Of a stretch of DNA of 64,000 nucleotides, positions 10,123-19,548 are shown piece after piece. The stretch's first letter is position 1. Every line of letters begins with the position of its first letter. The notes below the pieces were generated by a model. The model ran no database searches, was not told the origin of the DNA, and saw nothing but the letters and a program-made list of their open reading frames with translations. Position numbers and translations under genes: made by a program. Origin of the DNA: a virus; the IMG/VR virus record IMGVR_UViG_3300025168_015970, positions 11,056-75,055 of that record. The stretch is one strand, 5' to 3'.

Positions 10123-10820
10123 AGACTTTAATCGCAACAGCTACCAAAGCGGGGGCGACAGAGTTCTCTAATACAAGGTTAGCAAAAAGTTTACAATATC
10201 ATAAAGATAATACTATAACTAAGTTCGATTTAAAGGTTACATATAATAATACTGCCGGTCTATGTTCTGTTTACAACAAATACTTGACCCCTAAATTTTT
10301 AGATAAGTATGATTGTATTTTGTTTGTACATGATGATATATCTATAGATAGCTTATTCTTCCAAAAATGTATTCGTAATTTATTCAAAAAGGGTTTTGAT
10401 GTTGTCGGATTAGCAGGCGGTAGTAATATACAAGTTAAAAAACCTGCTCTATGGCACTTGTTATGTAAACAAGAGTCTTTATCTGGAGTAGTATCTCATT
10501 ATACTAATAAAGAGGACTACGGTCAGACAATATTCGGACAAGTACCTAAAGAGGTAATTTTGCTTGATGGATTATTTTTAGCAGTAAGAACAAAATCTAT
10601 AAAACAAACAAAAATAAAGTTTGATAGAAATATAACAGGCTTCCATCATTATGACTTAAAATTCTGTTTAGATTGTCATTTAGCTGGTTTGCGTTTAACT
10701 ACTGCCCCTATTCATGTAATACATGACTCCCCTGGCCTAACCCAAGTCACTGAAGACTATAGCAAATCAGAGGACTACTTCTATAATACTCTTGTCGAAC
10801 ATGCTAACAAGCGAAAATAA
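10119..10820 (+). CDS. GT2-like glycosyltransferase (Glyco_tranf_2_5-like)
   Basis: LFVHDD, VVGLAG, LDGLFLAV, FD....GFHHYD..FC motifs. Confidence 0.8.
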   Translation: MKTLIATATKAGATEFSNTRLAKSLQYHKDNTITKFDLKVTYNNTAGLCSVYNKYLTPKFLDKYDCILFVHDDISIDSLFFQKCIRNLFKKGFDVVGLAGGSNIQVKKPALWHLLCKQESLSGVVSHYTNKEDYGQTIFGQVPKEVILLDGLFLAVRTKSIKQTKIKFDRNITGFHHYDLKFCLDCHLAGLRLTTAPIHVIHDSPGLTQVTEDYSKSEDYFYNTLVEHANKRK

Positions 10821-12147
10821 TTACTTAGATATAGATCTTGATTATTTAGAAAAGATAGTCTTTAAGAATTGTCTCGAAGATGATATTTACTTAAATTCTA
10901 TTATTGATAATCTTAATTATAAGTTCTTTAAAAATAAGGACTTTCAACAGATTATTAAATTAATACAAGCTTTATATAAAAAGAATAGTAAGAGACCTAC
11001 TCGTACTGAATTAGAATTATATTTAAATACTGATCAGTTAAAAGATCATTATAGTAAAAGTAAAACTTTAATTAATGATATAGAGTCAGATTTAACTTCT
11101 GATGATTTATATTCGTATACTGAAAAATACTTACAAGAGCAAGCTGTATTTAATACCTTTTTAGATATTGTTGATAGTAAGGAAAGAGATGTAAAGAGTA
11201 TTCACGAAAAGTTTAATAAGGCATGCAATATATCAATTACTACAAATGTTGGGCATGATTATTTTAACGATCTAGAACAACATATAATAAACCTAACTAC
11301 TAGAGAACATAAAATTAAAACCGGATGGGATTGGTTAGATGAAAGATTAGGTGGAGGTTTCCTTGAAGATGGTCGTAGTATGTATGTATTTGCTGGTCCT
11401 ACTAACGTAGGTAAGTCTATATTTTTAAGTAATATAGCTACTACTGCTGCAGCTGAAGGTAAAAATGTTTTAGTAGTCTCTCTTGAAATGTCTGAGATGA
11501 TATACAGTAAACGAATTACTTCAAGACTTACTGGTTTACCTATAAATCATTTAGACGAACATATTGAAAGCTTAAGAGAGAGTGTAGGTAAGTTTAAAAT
11601 GCTTCACCCGCGCGCTAATATGATAATTAAAGAGTTTGCTCCTAACTCTATTACTCCACCTCAATTAGAAGGGTTCATTAAAAAGCTTATTAATAAGGAT
11701 TTTAAACCTGATATTATTGTATTAGATTATTTAAATTTAATGGCTAGTACTCATGGTAATAATTCATATGAAAGAATTAAAAGTATATCAGAGCAAGTAC
11801 GAGCTATGTCTTATACATTCGAATGCCCTGTAATATCAGCTACTCAGGTTAATAGAACTGGGTATGGTAATAATGCAGGTGGACCTGGGCTAGAGTCTAT
11901 TGGAGAGAGTTATGGTTTAGGAGCTACTGCAGACGCTATAATTAGTATATGGAGGACGGAAGAAGATGAAGAAGACAACGCTCTGCATATAGGTATTATT
12001 AAAAATCGCTTTGGTTCTAATACCGGTAGTACTCGTCTTGGTATAGATTATAATACTTTAACGCTAACCGAAAATAATGAATTAAATGTTAATGACGATA
12101 TAAATGCAGCAGAGGATGATGCTGTACAATTCGGAAGAGTAGTGTAA
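10801..12147 (+). CDS. gp41: Replicative DnaB-like helicase (gp41)
   Basis: GPTNVGKS, SLEMSE, LDYLNL, SATQVNR, KNRFG; start is ATG 10801 or TTG 10792. Confidence 0.95.
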   Translation: MLTSENNYLDIDLDYLEKIVFKNCLEDDIYLNSIIDNLNYKFFKNKDFQQIIKLIQALYKKNSKRPTRTELELYLNTDQLKDHYSKSKTLINDIESDLTSDDLYSYTEKYLQEQAVFNTFLDIVDSKERDVKSIHEKFNKACNISITTNVGHDYFNDLEQHIINLTTREHKIKTGWDWLDERLGGGFLEDGRSMYVFAGPTNVGKSIFLSNIATTAAAEGKNVLVVSLEMSEMIYSKRITSRLTGLPINHLDEHIESLRESVGKFKMLHPRANMIIKEFAPNSITPPQLEGFIKKLINKDFKPDIIVLDYLNLMASTHGNNSYERIKSISEQVRAMSYTFECPVISATQVNRTGYGNNAGGPGLESIGESYGLGATADAIISIWRTEEDEEDNALHIGIIKNRFGSNTGSTRLGIDYNTLTLTENNELNVNDDINAAEDDAVQFGRVV

Positions 12148-12156
12148 ATATATACA

Positions 12157-13041
12157 ATGGCTAAGGAGGAACTAATATTTACAGACTTAGACTTAGATGG
12201 GTGTTGTAGCTATCTTGTATATGCTTGGCATACTCAAACTAAACCTAAAGTCATAACATTAAAAGTTTCTTCTTTGCGAGAAAAGTTTTTAGCGTGGTTA
12301 AAAAAGAATAAAATTAGTGATTATAAACGTATATACTTTTTTGACTTAGATACAACTGAAATAAAAGATCTTATAGATAAAAAGAATGTAACAATTTTTG
12401 ATCATCATAAATCTCATGAAGAAGAATATAAAAATGCTACAGCTATAATAGACAAAGAGTGTTCATCTTGTAGCAAGTTATTATATGCTCACTTTAAAGT
12501 AAACGCTAACTTAACAACTGAACAGAAAAAACTAGTTGCTCTTGTTAATGATTATGATTGTTATGAACTAAAATTTCCAGAAAGCAATAAATTAAATTTT
12601 TTGTTTTGGTATAAGAACGGAAATAAATTACAAAATTTCGTTCAATATTTTGAGTCTGGTTTTCACGGATTTACAACTGAGCAAAATAAAATAATTAGCT
12701 TTCATTTTTATAAATTTAAAAAACTCAGAGAAGAAGTTGCGTTGTATAAGTCTACCCTCACTATAGCTAAAAAAGAATATAAATTTATTAGTACATTTGC
12801 TAATGAATATGTAAATGATTTATGTCAGTACATTATTGATAATAATGATTGTGATGTATGTTTAATGATAAATTTAAAAAACAATAGAGTATATTTGCGC
12901 AAAAACAGAAAGTGTGATCTTAACTTAGGAAAGTTTGCTAATAGAGTATGTGATGGTGGAGGACATGAGTATGCTGCTGGTGGAGAATTAAATGATAATG
13001 TTCTAGCTTTAAGTAAACAATTTACCCCGATAAATGGATAG
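12157..13041 (+). CDS. DHH/DHHA1 family phosphoesterase
   Basis: TDLDLDG, FFD, FDHH, DYD and GGGHEYAAG motifs. Confidence 0.85.
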   Translation: MAKEELIFTDLDLDGCCSYLVYAWHTQTKPKVITLKVSSLREKFLAWLKKNKISDYKRIYFFDLDTTEIKDLIDKKNVTIFDHHKSHEEEYKNATAIIDKECSSCSKLLYAHFKVNANLTTEQKKLVALVNDYDCYELKFPESNKLNFLFWYKNGNKLQNFVQYFESGFHGFTTEQNKIISFHFYKFKKLREEVALYKSTLTIAKKEYKFISTFANEYVNDLCQYIIDNNDCDVCLMINLKNNRVYLRKNRKCDLNLGKFANRVCDGGGHEYAAGGELNDNVLALSKQFTPING

Positions 13042-13309
13042 TCCGTATACAATTTTAGAGAAAAAAGATATAGTACATAAGTTTTTATCCTTATGTAGTT
13101 TTGTATCTATTTGCGAGAATAAGAAATTAAATCTCGCAAATGTTTTTTTATTAGTTTTAAAGGAAAAAAATTATAGAGATTTATTTAAGGAATCTCTTAT
13201 AATAGATAGTAACTTTAATTTAGTGAAGCTATTTTTACAACATGATCCTTACCTTTATAAAAGTAAGTATATTACAAAATTTTTAAAAAAACATACCCTT
13301 GATTTATGA
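13034..13309 (+). CDS. Hypothetical protein
   Basis: Overlapping, translationally coupled ORF. Confidence 0.55.
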   Translation: MDSPYTILEKKDIVHKFLSLCSFVSICENKKLNLANVFLLVLKEKNYRDLFKESLIIDSNFNLVKLFLQHDPYLYKSKYITKFLKKHTLDL

Positions 13310-13953
13310 GTACAGTTGGTGAGCTGAGTTTATACGAACAAAACATATATAATACATTTCTTAAAACAGCTCGACAGCAAAAGGGGTTTACTCCGAGAAG
13401 AAACTTTAAGAATATAGATAATGAGCAATATGTTTTAATCAAAAAAGTATCAAAGACATTAAAAAATAAAAAAATTAACCCCGACTTATTTTTCAATGCC
13501 CCATATCAGCTTTATGCCGAAAAATATGTACCTTTACAGTTCTATAGTACATTTAACGCTATCTCTACTTACAGAAAGTATGTCGAAGAAATTGAATTAA
13601 CAGAACCAGATCACCCGTTTAATGTTACTCAGCTAAGAAATAGCATGAAATATATTTATCAACAATGTGCAGATAATAATATTAAATTCTGTAAAGATTA
13701 TCTATTATTACAAAAAGGAATATACCCAAACTATATTTTAGACTTAAAAGAAGGTAATGTGAGTTTTTATAGTTTAATAGCTCTCGACTTGTGTGAAACT
13801 AAAATTAATCTAGAAAAAAATATAGTTGAATTTGCTTGCAAGAGGTTTTATAATACTTTGAGCAGTTTGAGAACGAGATTCACTTTCTCGAAGAAAATCA
13901 AACCGTTGAGTATAAAACTTATAAAAACTATAAATAAAATAATAAAATTATGA
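13306..13953 (+). CDS. Hypothetical basic protein, possible gp59-like helicase loader
   Basis: 215 aa, basic, immediately upstream of gp32 as T4 gp59 is; no diagnostic motif recognised. Confidence 0.4.
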   Translation: MSTVGELSLYEQNIYNTFLKTARQQKGFTPRRNFKNIDNEQYVLIKKVSKTLKNKKINPDLFFNAPYQLYAEKYVPLQFYSTFNAISTYRKYVEEIELTEPDHPFNVTQLRNSMKYIYQQCADNNIKFCKDYLLLQKGIYPNYILDLKEGNVSFYSLIALDLCETKINLEKNIVEFACKRFYNTLSSLRTRFTFSKKIKPLSIKLIKTINKIIKL

Positions 13954-14813
13954 CGACGAGTATGTTTGCATCAATCAAGGACGCGTTGGCCAAGCCTTCG
14001 CAAGGAAGTAACACAACTAGCAATATTATGCGGTTGAAGACAGGTAATACATATGTATTGCGACTAGTGCCTTTCGTGAAAGACCCTAGTAAGACATTCT
14101 TTCACTATTATTCTCATGGATGGGTAAGTGAAGCAACTGGACAATTCCAAAGTGCTATTAGTCCTCAGACTTGGGGTGAAAGAGATCCAATTGCTGAGGC
14201 TCGCTATAAACTTTCTCGTACTGGTACTGAGGAAGAGAAAGAGAAAGCAAGGGCGTTAAACCGTAGAGAGAATTGGTTAATTAACGTTTATGTTGTAAAA
14301 GATGGAGATAATCCAGAAAATGAAGGTAAGGTTAAAATTCTTCGATTCGGTAAGCAATTACATAAGATTGTGATGGATGCTATTGAAGGAGAAGACGCTG
14401 ATGAATTTGGTGAGCGTATTTTTGATCTAACTGATAATGGTTGTAGCTTAAAGGTCAAAGTTGAAGAACAAGGTGGTTATCCTACTTATGTAAGTTCAAG
14501 ATTTGCAGCTCCCGCCGCAATCCCTGGTGTTACTGCAGATAGCGTAAAGGATGTATATGATAAGGTCTTTGATCTTGAAAATGTATTCCCAGTGAAGAGT
14601 TATGAAGAACTGCAAACAATGTTAAATGAGCATTATCATGGTATTGAAGGAGGGTCAGCTCCAGCAGAAGCTCCAACCTCAAGCACAGCGTCCACTAAAG
14701 TAGATGATGACGATGATGAAATTAGCTTTGACGATATTGAGTCAACTTCAAAAACCCCAGGTACTCCAGTAGACGATAGTAAGGTGAAAGAGTTACTTGA
14801 TAGCTTGGATTAA
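13950..14813 (+). CDS. gp32: Single-stranded DNA-binding protein (gp32-like)
   Basis: LRLVP, NVYVV.D..NPENEGKV.I.RFG, IFDL..G..LKVK, Y..S.F motifs and acidic C-terminal tail. Confidence 0.9.
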   Translation: MTTSMFASIKDALAKPSQGSNTTSNIMRLKTGNTYVLRLVPFVKDPSKTFFHYYSHGWVSEATGQFQSAISPQTWGERDPIAEARYKLSRTGTEEEKEKARALNRRENWLINVYVVKDGDNPENEGKVKILRFGKQLHKIVMDAIEGEDADEFGERIFDLTDNGCSLKVKVEEQGGYPTYVSSRFAAPAAIPGVTADSVKDVYDKVFDLENVFPVKSYEELQTMLNEHYHGIEGGSAPAEAPTSSTASTKVDDDDDEISFDDIESTSKTPGTPVDDSKVKELLDSLD

Positions 14814-14822
14814 ACAACTATG

Positions 14823-14845
14823 GGGGAGGGCAACCTCCCCTTTTT
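14823..14845 (+). terminator. Rho-independent terminator after gp32
   Basis: GGGGAGG-GCAA-CCTCCCC followed by TTTTT. Confidence 0.85.
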
Positions 14846-14853
14846 ATAATAAA

Positions 14854-15261
14854 ATGACACCACAAGAAAGGGAAGAAGCTATAATTGAAAAAATGATGCT
14901 ACATCAGGTAAATGCTGATGTAAAATCCGTCAACCGAAATATTGTACAAGAGGCTTCTGCTTTAAAGCAAATACCTATTAATAATCAAATTTACCAAAAA
15001 GGACCTATCGGTGCGCCAGCACCAGCTCCTCAGCCTCCTCAGCCAGTCGCACCTCAACAACAACCCCCTCCACCAATACCACAAATACAACAAATTGTAC
15101 AACAAGACCTAACTCCATTAATTGACAGGGTTACAAGTCTTGAATCCCAAATTACAAAATTTGTTAATCTCATTGAACGTAACGTTGCAAAGAACGCTAA
15201 AGAGATTAATATAAGAATCAAATTAAAAGACCAATATTACGCCGACGAAGGCGATGAGTAA
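14854..15261 (+). CDS. Pro/Gln-rich hypothetical protein with C-terminal coiled coil
   Basis: The track start at 14797 would run through the terminator, so ATG 14854 is preferred; PAPAPQPPQP linker. Confidence 0.6.
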   Translation: MTPQEREEAIIEKMMLHQVNADVKSVNRNIVQEASALKQIPINNQIYQKGPIGAPAPAPQPPQPVAPQQQPPPPIPQIQQIVQQDLTPLIDRVTSLESQITKFVNLIERNVAKNAKEINIRIKLKDQYYADEGDE

Positions 15262-15992
15262 TGATTCTACCAATAAAGAGTAAAGATAATTTTATCAAAA
15301 GCTTTCTCAACCCTGTGTCGAGATTAGCACCATCTTCAACATTAGATATTAATGATAAAATAACTACAGTCGTACATAACAACTCAAACATTTTCTTACG
15401 GGCAGAGTATGAAGTAAAGTGGCCTGATCGCTCAGAAGAAGCTGTATTGTGTTTGCCAGATACAATAAAATTAATTAAGATATTATCTTGTTTAGATGAA
15501 GATTCTATAGATCTAAAAGTAGGTGGGAATTGTATTACTTACAGTAACAATAATAATAGATTTAAATATCACTTATTTGATGATAGTTTAAAATCTAAAA
15601 GTGCCTTTGATTTTGATAAAATTGATAGTATAAAGTTTGGTACTAACTTCGAATTGACTCAGCAAAAGAATAGCGCCCTTTTGAAAGCGTTACCATTTGT
15701 TACAGAGACGAGCAAGGTTTATTTAAAGACGGAAGGTAAAAGTGTTTATGCAGAGCTTTCTGATAAGAAAATACAAAATGTAGATAGTTATACCGCTTTA
15801 ATTGCAGATGAATTTCAAGGAGATGATTTAGATTATGAGCTCATTCTCGATGTAGAATTATTCAGATTAATATCAACATTGAGCTTTGAGAGTGCAACAG
15901 TGTATATTAATAATGAATATAAAATGCTAATGATACGGCTTGAAATAAATGAGAGTCGTCTTACATTCGTTAGTACGAGTTATAAGAATTAA
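15261..15992 (+). CDS. gp45: Probable sliding clamp (gp45-like)
   Basis: 243 aa, two-domain alpha/beta repeat pattern, replication-operon context. Confidence 0.65.
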   Translation: MILPIKSKDNFIKSFLNPVSRLAPSSTLDINDKITTVVHNNSNIFLRAEYEVKWPDRSEEAVLCLPDTIKLIKILSCLDEDSIDLKVGGNCITYSNNNNRFKYHLFDDSLKSKSAFDFDKIDSIKFGTNFELTQQKNSALLKALPFVTETSKVYLKTEGKSVYAELSDKKIQNVDSYTALIADEFQGDDLDYELILDVELFRLISTLSFESATVYINNEYKMLMIRLEINESRLTFVSTSYKN

Positions 15993-16294
15993 TGAAAAAT
16001 AAGGTAACAACCTGTGGTTATTTTATTAAACGGTTGAGAGACAACGGTTATACTGTTAACAGAATCTTCAATGAATACTCGAGGGATGATTGTCGCAAAT
16101 GGACTGTAATGATTGACCCTAGAGTATCTTCTCTATATATCACATGCTATGTAAATAGAGATTGGCACGGAGATTTAATGTTCGAATTAAATGACGGAAA
16201 TAAATTTAAAAACTTACAACTAAAAACTGATAGTATGGAGGTTATTTTAACCAAACTAATAGACAAAAATATAATACCAAGTGAAAAAAAATAA
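15992..16294 (+). CDS. Hypothetical protein
   Basis: Coupled ORF. Confidence 0.55.
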   Translation: MKNKVTTCGYFIKRLRDNGYTVNRIFNEYSRDDCRKWTVMIDPRVSSLYITCYVNRDWHGDLMFELNDGNKFKNLQLKTDSMEVILTKLIDKNIIPSEKK

Positions 16295-16571
16295 ACCAAA
16301 GAATTTTGATAACTTATTAAAAACAAGTATTAACGCTGCTGATGATATGATCAACGGCAATGAAGAAGATTTATCTATGATAAATGATTATTTATCCGAG
16401 TATTTAAAATCTTTCTGTCTATTAGGTTATGATACTAAAGGTGAGAGTGTAGTTATACTCGCAGGTAAAACTGCTCAAGATTACGACGCTATAGAGACAT
16501 TATTACGCAGAATAAGTAATGTAGATTTTTTTAACAACATACAAGAAGAAAAAAGTAAATCAAATGAATAA
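16281..16571 (+). CDS. Hypothetical protein
   Basis: Coupled ORF. Confidence 0.55.
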   Translation: MKKNKPKNFDNLLKTSINAADDMINGNEEDLSMINDYLSEYLKSFCLLGYDTKGESVVILAGKTAQDYDAIETLLRRISNVDFFNNIQEEKSKSNE

Positions 16572-17475
16572 AATAATTGTTTTAGGCAACGGTTATATAG
16601 GTAAGCAGGTGTACAAACACCTTGTAGGTACAATTATAGATAGGGATGTAAAACTACTCAATAGTTATGAGTATAACAACCCGGGTTCTCTAAGAGGAAC
16701 TCTCTTTAATAGTTTAGAGACAGAGTTTAAAACGAGTTCCCCAGATCATGTTAGTCAAAAATGGCTAATAAATTGTGTTGGTTATACTGGTAAACCGAAC
16801 GTTGATGCCTGTGAAGAAGATAAACAAAATTGCTGGGATTTAAACGTAACTTTCCCTACGCTATTAGCAAATGAGTGCGCAAAATATAATGTAAAAATTA
16901 TTAATATTAGCTCCGGTTGCATATATGATGATATAGATAAATCTAGTGTTCCGTTTACAGAGGAGGATGAACCTAACTTTGGTGTAGAAAACGGTAACAG
17001 TAGTTGGTATAGTAAGACAAAACACGCAGCAGAACTATGTCTTGCTGCTTATCTTAATGTATATACCTTAAGGATACGTATGCCTGTATGTAGTGACTTT
17101 AACTCGAGTAAAAACTATCTCACAAAGCTTTTGAAGTATAACAATTTACTACAAGAAGTTAATTCAAAAACAATTATTGAAGACCTAACGACTGTAGTAG
17201 GTAATATAATTTATAGACAGGATATACCTACTGGAATTTATAATTGTGTTAATCCAGATCCACTAGATACAAAAGAGGTAACTAAGATATTAGATAAATA
17301 TGGTATGTGGAACCCAAATTGGAAATTTATCGATTATGAAGGGCTTAAAGAACATATTAAGACCAATAGGTCTAATTGTATTCTGTCTACTGAAAAATCC
17401 AAAGAAGTAGGTATAGAGTTCCCTACAGAAAGAGAGTCCTTACATCGCATTCTTTCTCCAGAAAATGAAGAATAA
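16564..17475 (+). CDS. RmlD-family SDR of the NRS/ER type (probable NDP-4-keto-6-deoxyglucose 3,5-epimerase/4-reductase)
   Basis: GNGYIG, GYTGKPNVDACE, SSGCIY, FTEEDEPNF, YSKTK, LRIRMP, RSN motifs match the plant RHM C-terminal/NRS-ER pattern. Confidence 0.78.
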   Translation: MNKIIVLGNGYIGKQVYKHLVGTIIDRDVKLLNSYEYNNPGSLRGTLFNSLETEFKTSSPDHVSQKWLINCVGYTGKPNVDACEEDKQNCWDLNVTFPTLLANECAKYNVKIINISSGCIYDDIDKSSVPFTEEDEPNFGVENGNSSWYSKTKHAAELCLAAYLNVYTLRIRMPVCSDFNSSKNYLTKLLKYNNLLQEVNSKTIIEDLTTVVGNIIYRQDIPTGIYNCVNPDPLDTKEVTKILDKYGMWNPNWKFIDYEGLKEHIKTNRSNCILSTEKSKEVGIEFPTERESLHRILSPENEE

Positions 17476-18469
17476 AAATATATTAGTCACCGGCGGTTTA
17501 GGTTTTATAGGTAGTCATTTTGTAGAATTACTCTACAAAGAATGTTCTAATTGTAAAATCACAATTTTAGATAATTTCTGTTATTGTGTAGCAAAAAGTA
17601 CTGACGATTACCTGTTTAACATGTTTCAGAATTCAACCAATAAATTTAATATCATATATGAAGATATTAATAATTTTACTAATGTTAAGGGTTATGATTA
17701 TGTTATTAATTTCGCCGCAGAATCTCATGTAGATAATAGTATTAAAGATGGTACTCCGTTTATCACCTCTAATTATACCGGGGTTTATAATCTATTAACT
17801 CAATTAAATGATAACCAGCGTTTTATACAGGTAGGTACAGATGAGGTTTACGGTAGCTTACAATTTAATAGTTCACCAAGTGAAGAATATGACCGCTTAG
17901 AACCATCGTCAGTTTATTCTGCAACAAAAGCTGCCGCAGATTTGTTAGCATTATCTTTTAATAAAACCTACAATAAAGATATAATAGTAACTAGATGTAC
18001 TAATAATTTTGGACCCAGACAATACCCTGAAAAATTAATTCCGGTTGTTATTAATAAGGCTCTTAACAATGAAGAAATACCAGTTTACGGTAAAGGAGAA
18101 AATATACGTCAATGGATCTATGTTACAGACCATTGCAGAAAGCTTTTCGATATATTAAAATACGGTACATCTGGAAAAATTTATAATATTGCTCCGGACT
18201 ATGATTCTGAAGTTACTAATAATTCTATTATTGATCAGATTTTAGAAGTTTTAAAGAAACCAAAAAAATTAATTACATATGTAGAAGATAGAAAAGGCCA
18301 TGATTTAAGGTATTCTTTAAGAGCGAGTCAATATCGAGGTATGATGTTTGCTAACGATCAACAATTAGACCTACCTGGAACTGAAAAAACATTTGCCGAT
18401 GATTTGAGATACACTATAATGTGGTATAGTGAAAACAAAAACTGGTGGAAAAAGAAATCTAATAATTGA
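17465..18469 (+). CDS. rmlB: dTDP-glucose 4,6-dehydratase
   Basis: GGLGFIG, NFAAESHVD, TDEVYG, YSATK, QYPEKLIP, DRKGHDLRY. Confidence 0.93.
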   Translation: MKNKNILVTGGLGFIGSHFVELLYKECSNCKITILDNFCYCVAKSTDDYLFNMFQNSTNKFNIIYEDINNFTNVKGYDYVINFAAESHVDNSIKDGTPFITSNYTGVYNLLTQLNDNQRFIQVGTDEVYGSLQFNSSPSEEYDRLEPSSVYSATKAAADLLALSFNKTYNKDIIVTRCTNNFGPRQYPEKLIPVVINKALNNEEIPVYGKGENIRQWIYVTDHCRKLFDILKYGTSGKIYNIAPDYDSEVTNNSIIDQILEVLKKPKKLITYVEDRKGHDLRYSLRASQYRGMMFANDQQLDLPGTEKTFADDLRYTIMWYSENKNWWKKKSNN

Positions 18470-19394
18470 CGGTAATAATTTACTTTACCGTATATTTTGG
18501 ACTAGTAATTATAAACTTGAAGAATCTTCTTCCCCGGGAGAAGTTTTTCTGTTTTTACGTTCGTTAAAATCTTACGTTGATAAATTCCAACCAAAAAACG
18601 TTTACTGTACTTGGGATAAAAAACTCGAATGGCCTTCTACTAATTTCCGTAAAGAAGCAACCACTGTAGAATATAAAGCAGGTAGAGATGATGATAAGTT
18701 TAAAAATGTATTTAAATACGCAGAGAAGATACAAGAGCTTATTTCTTGCTTAGGGGTTCATAATATATACCCTCTTCGTATGGAAGCAGACGATCTAATG
18801 GCTTATTTAACTCATAAACTACCTGGTTTAAATATTGTTATTACAACAGATAAAGACTTACTACAAACTGTTTCCAAGAATACTATTGTATATAATCCAA
18901 TAAAAAAGAAAGAAGTAACTTTAAATAATTTTGAGGATTATACAGGAGTAAAAAAAGAATATTATATTTCGTTTAGAGCAATTACTGGGGATAAATCTGA
19001 TAACATACCAGGTATACCTAGATATGGTATAAAGCGTTTTCTTAAATTAGAGCATAAGCTAGTAGACCTTGAAGGAGAAGAGACAGCTCTAGTAAAAGGA
19101 GATGCTATAACAGAAGAGCAATTTGAAATATATAAGCGCAACTGGAAACTAATGGATCTTAAACAAGGCTATACTCATTATGAGGACGAGGTACCTGCCT
19201 ACGAAGAACAATTAAAAGAAATAAAAGAAAATGATACAACTAACTTTACTACTTTTCTCAAACAAGCGAAAGAGTTAAATTTATGGTCTATAGTGAGAAA
19301 CTATACCTCATGGAGAAATTCGTTCGATAACAACGAACATTTATTAAATACTATTAATAAGGCTATACAAAATGCATGTACCAACACAACCTAG
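18429..19394 (+). CDS. rnh: RNase H / 5'-3' flap exonuclease (T4 rnh-like)
   Basis: IIDGNN, YKAGR, EADD, TDKDLLQ, GDKSDNIPGI. Confidence 0.9.
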   Translation: MKTKTGGKRNLIIDGNNLLYRIFWTSNYKLEESSSPGEVFLFLRSLKSYVDKFQPKNVYCTWDKKLEWPSTNFRKEATTVEYKAGRDDDKFKNVFKYAEKIQELISCLGVHNIYPLRMEADDLMAYLTHKLPGLNIVITTDKDLLQTVSKNTIVYNPIKKKEVTLNNFEDYTGVKKEYYISFRAITGDKSDNIPGIPRYGIKRFLKLEHKLVDLEGEETALVKGDAITEEQFEIYKRNWKLMDLKQGYTHYEDEVPAYEEQLKEIKENDTTNFTTFLKQAKELNLWSIVRNYTSWRNSFDNNEHLLNTINKAIQNACTNTT

Positions 19395-19548
19395 AGCTAT
19401 TGTAGCTCCATCAGGAGAAACTGCTAGACCTGTCATTAAAAATGTCAGAGTCGGAGACGAGATACGAGTGGAAGCTCATTATACTGACCCTAAAACTGGC
19501 CAGTTTATAACTAAGATTCCTGTATCTGTTACAAAAGTAGATGATTAG
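19372..19548 (+). CDS. Small 58-aa protein missing from the ORF track (MHVPTQPRAIVAPSG...VTKVDD)
   Basis: Open frame filling the rnh-primase gap and overlapping both; TAAATA at 19345-19350 and AAGG upstream. Confidence 0.6.
   Translation: MHVPTQPRAIVAPSGETARPVIKNVRVGDEIRVEAHYTDPKTGQFITKIPVSVTKVDD

Noticed and set aside
14797-14853. N-terminal extension of the 154-aa ORF
   Set aside because: It spans the gp32 terminator hairpin; ATG 14854 is the more plausible start
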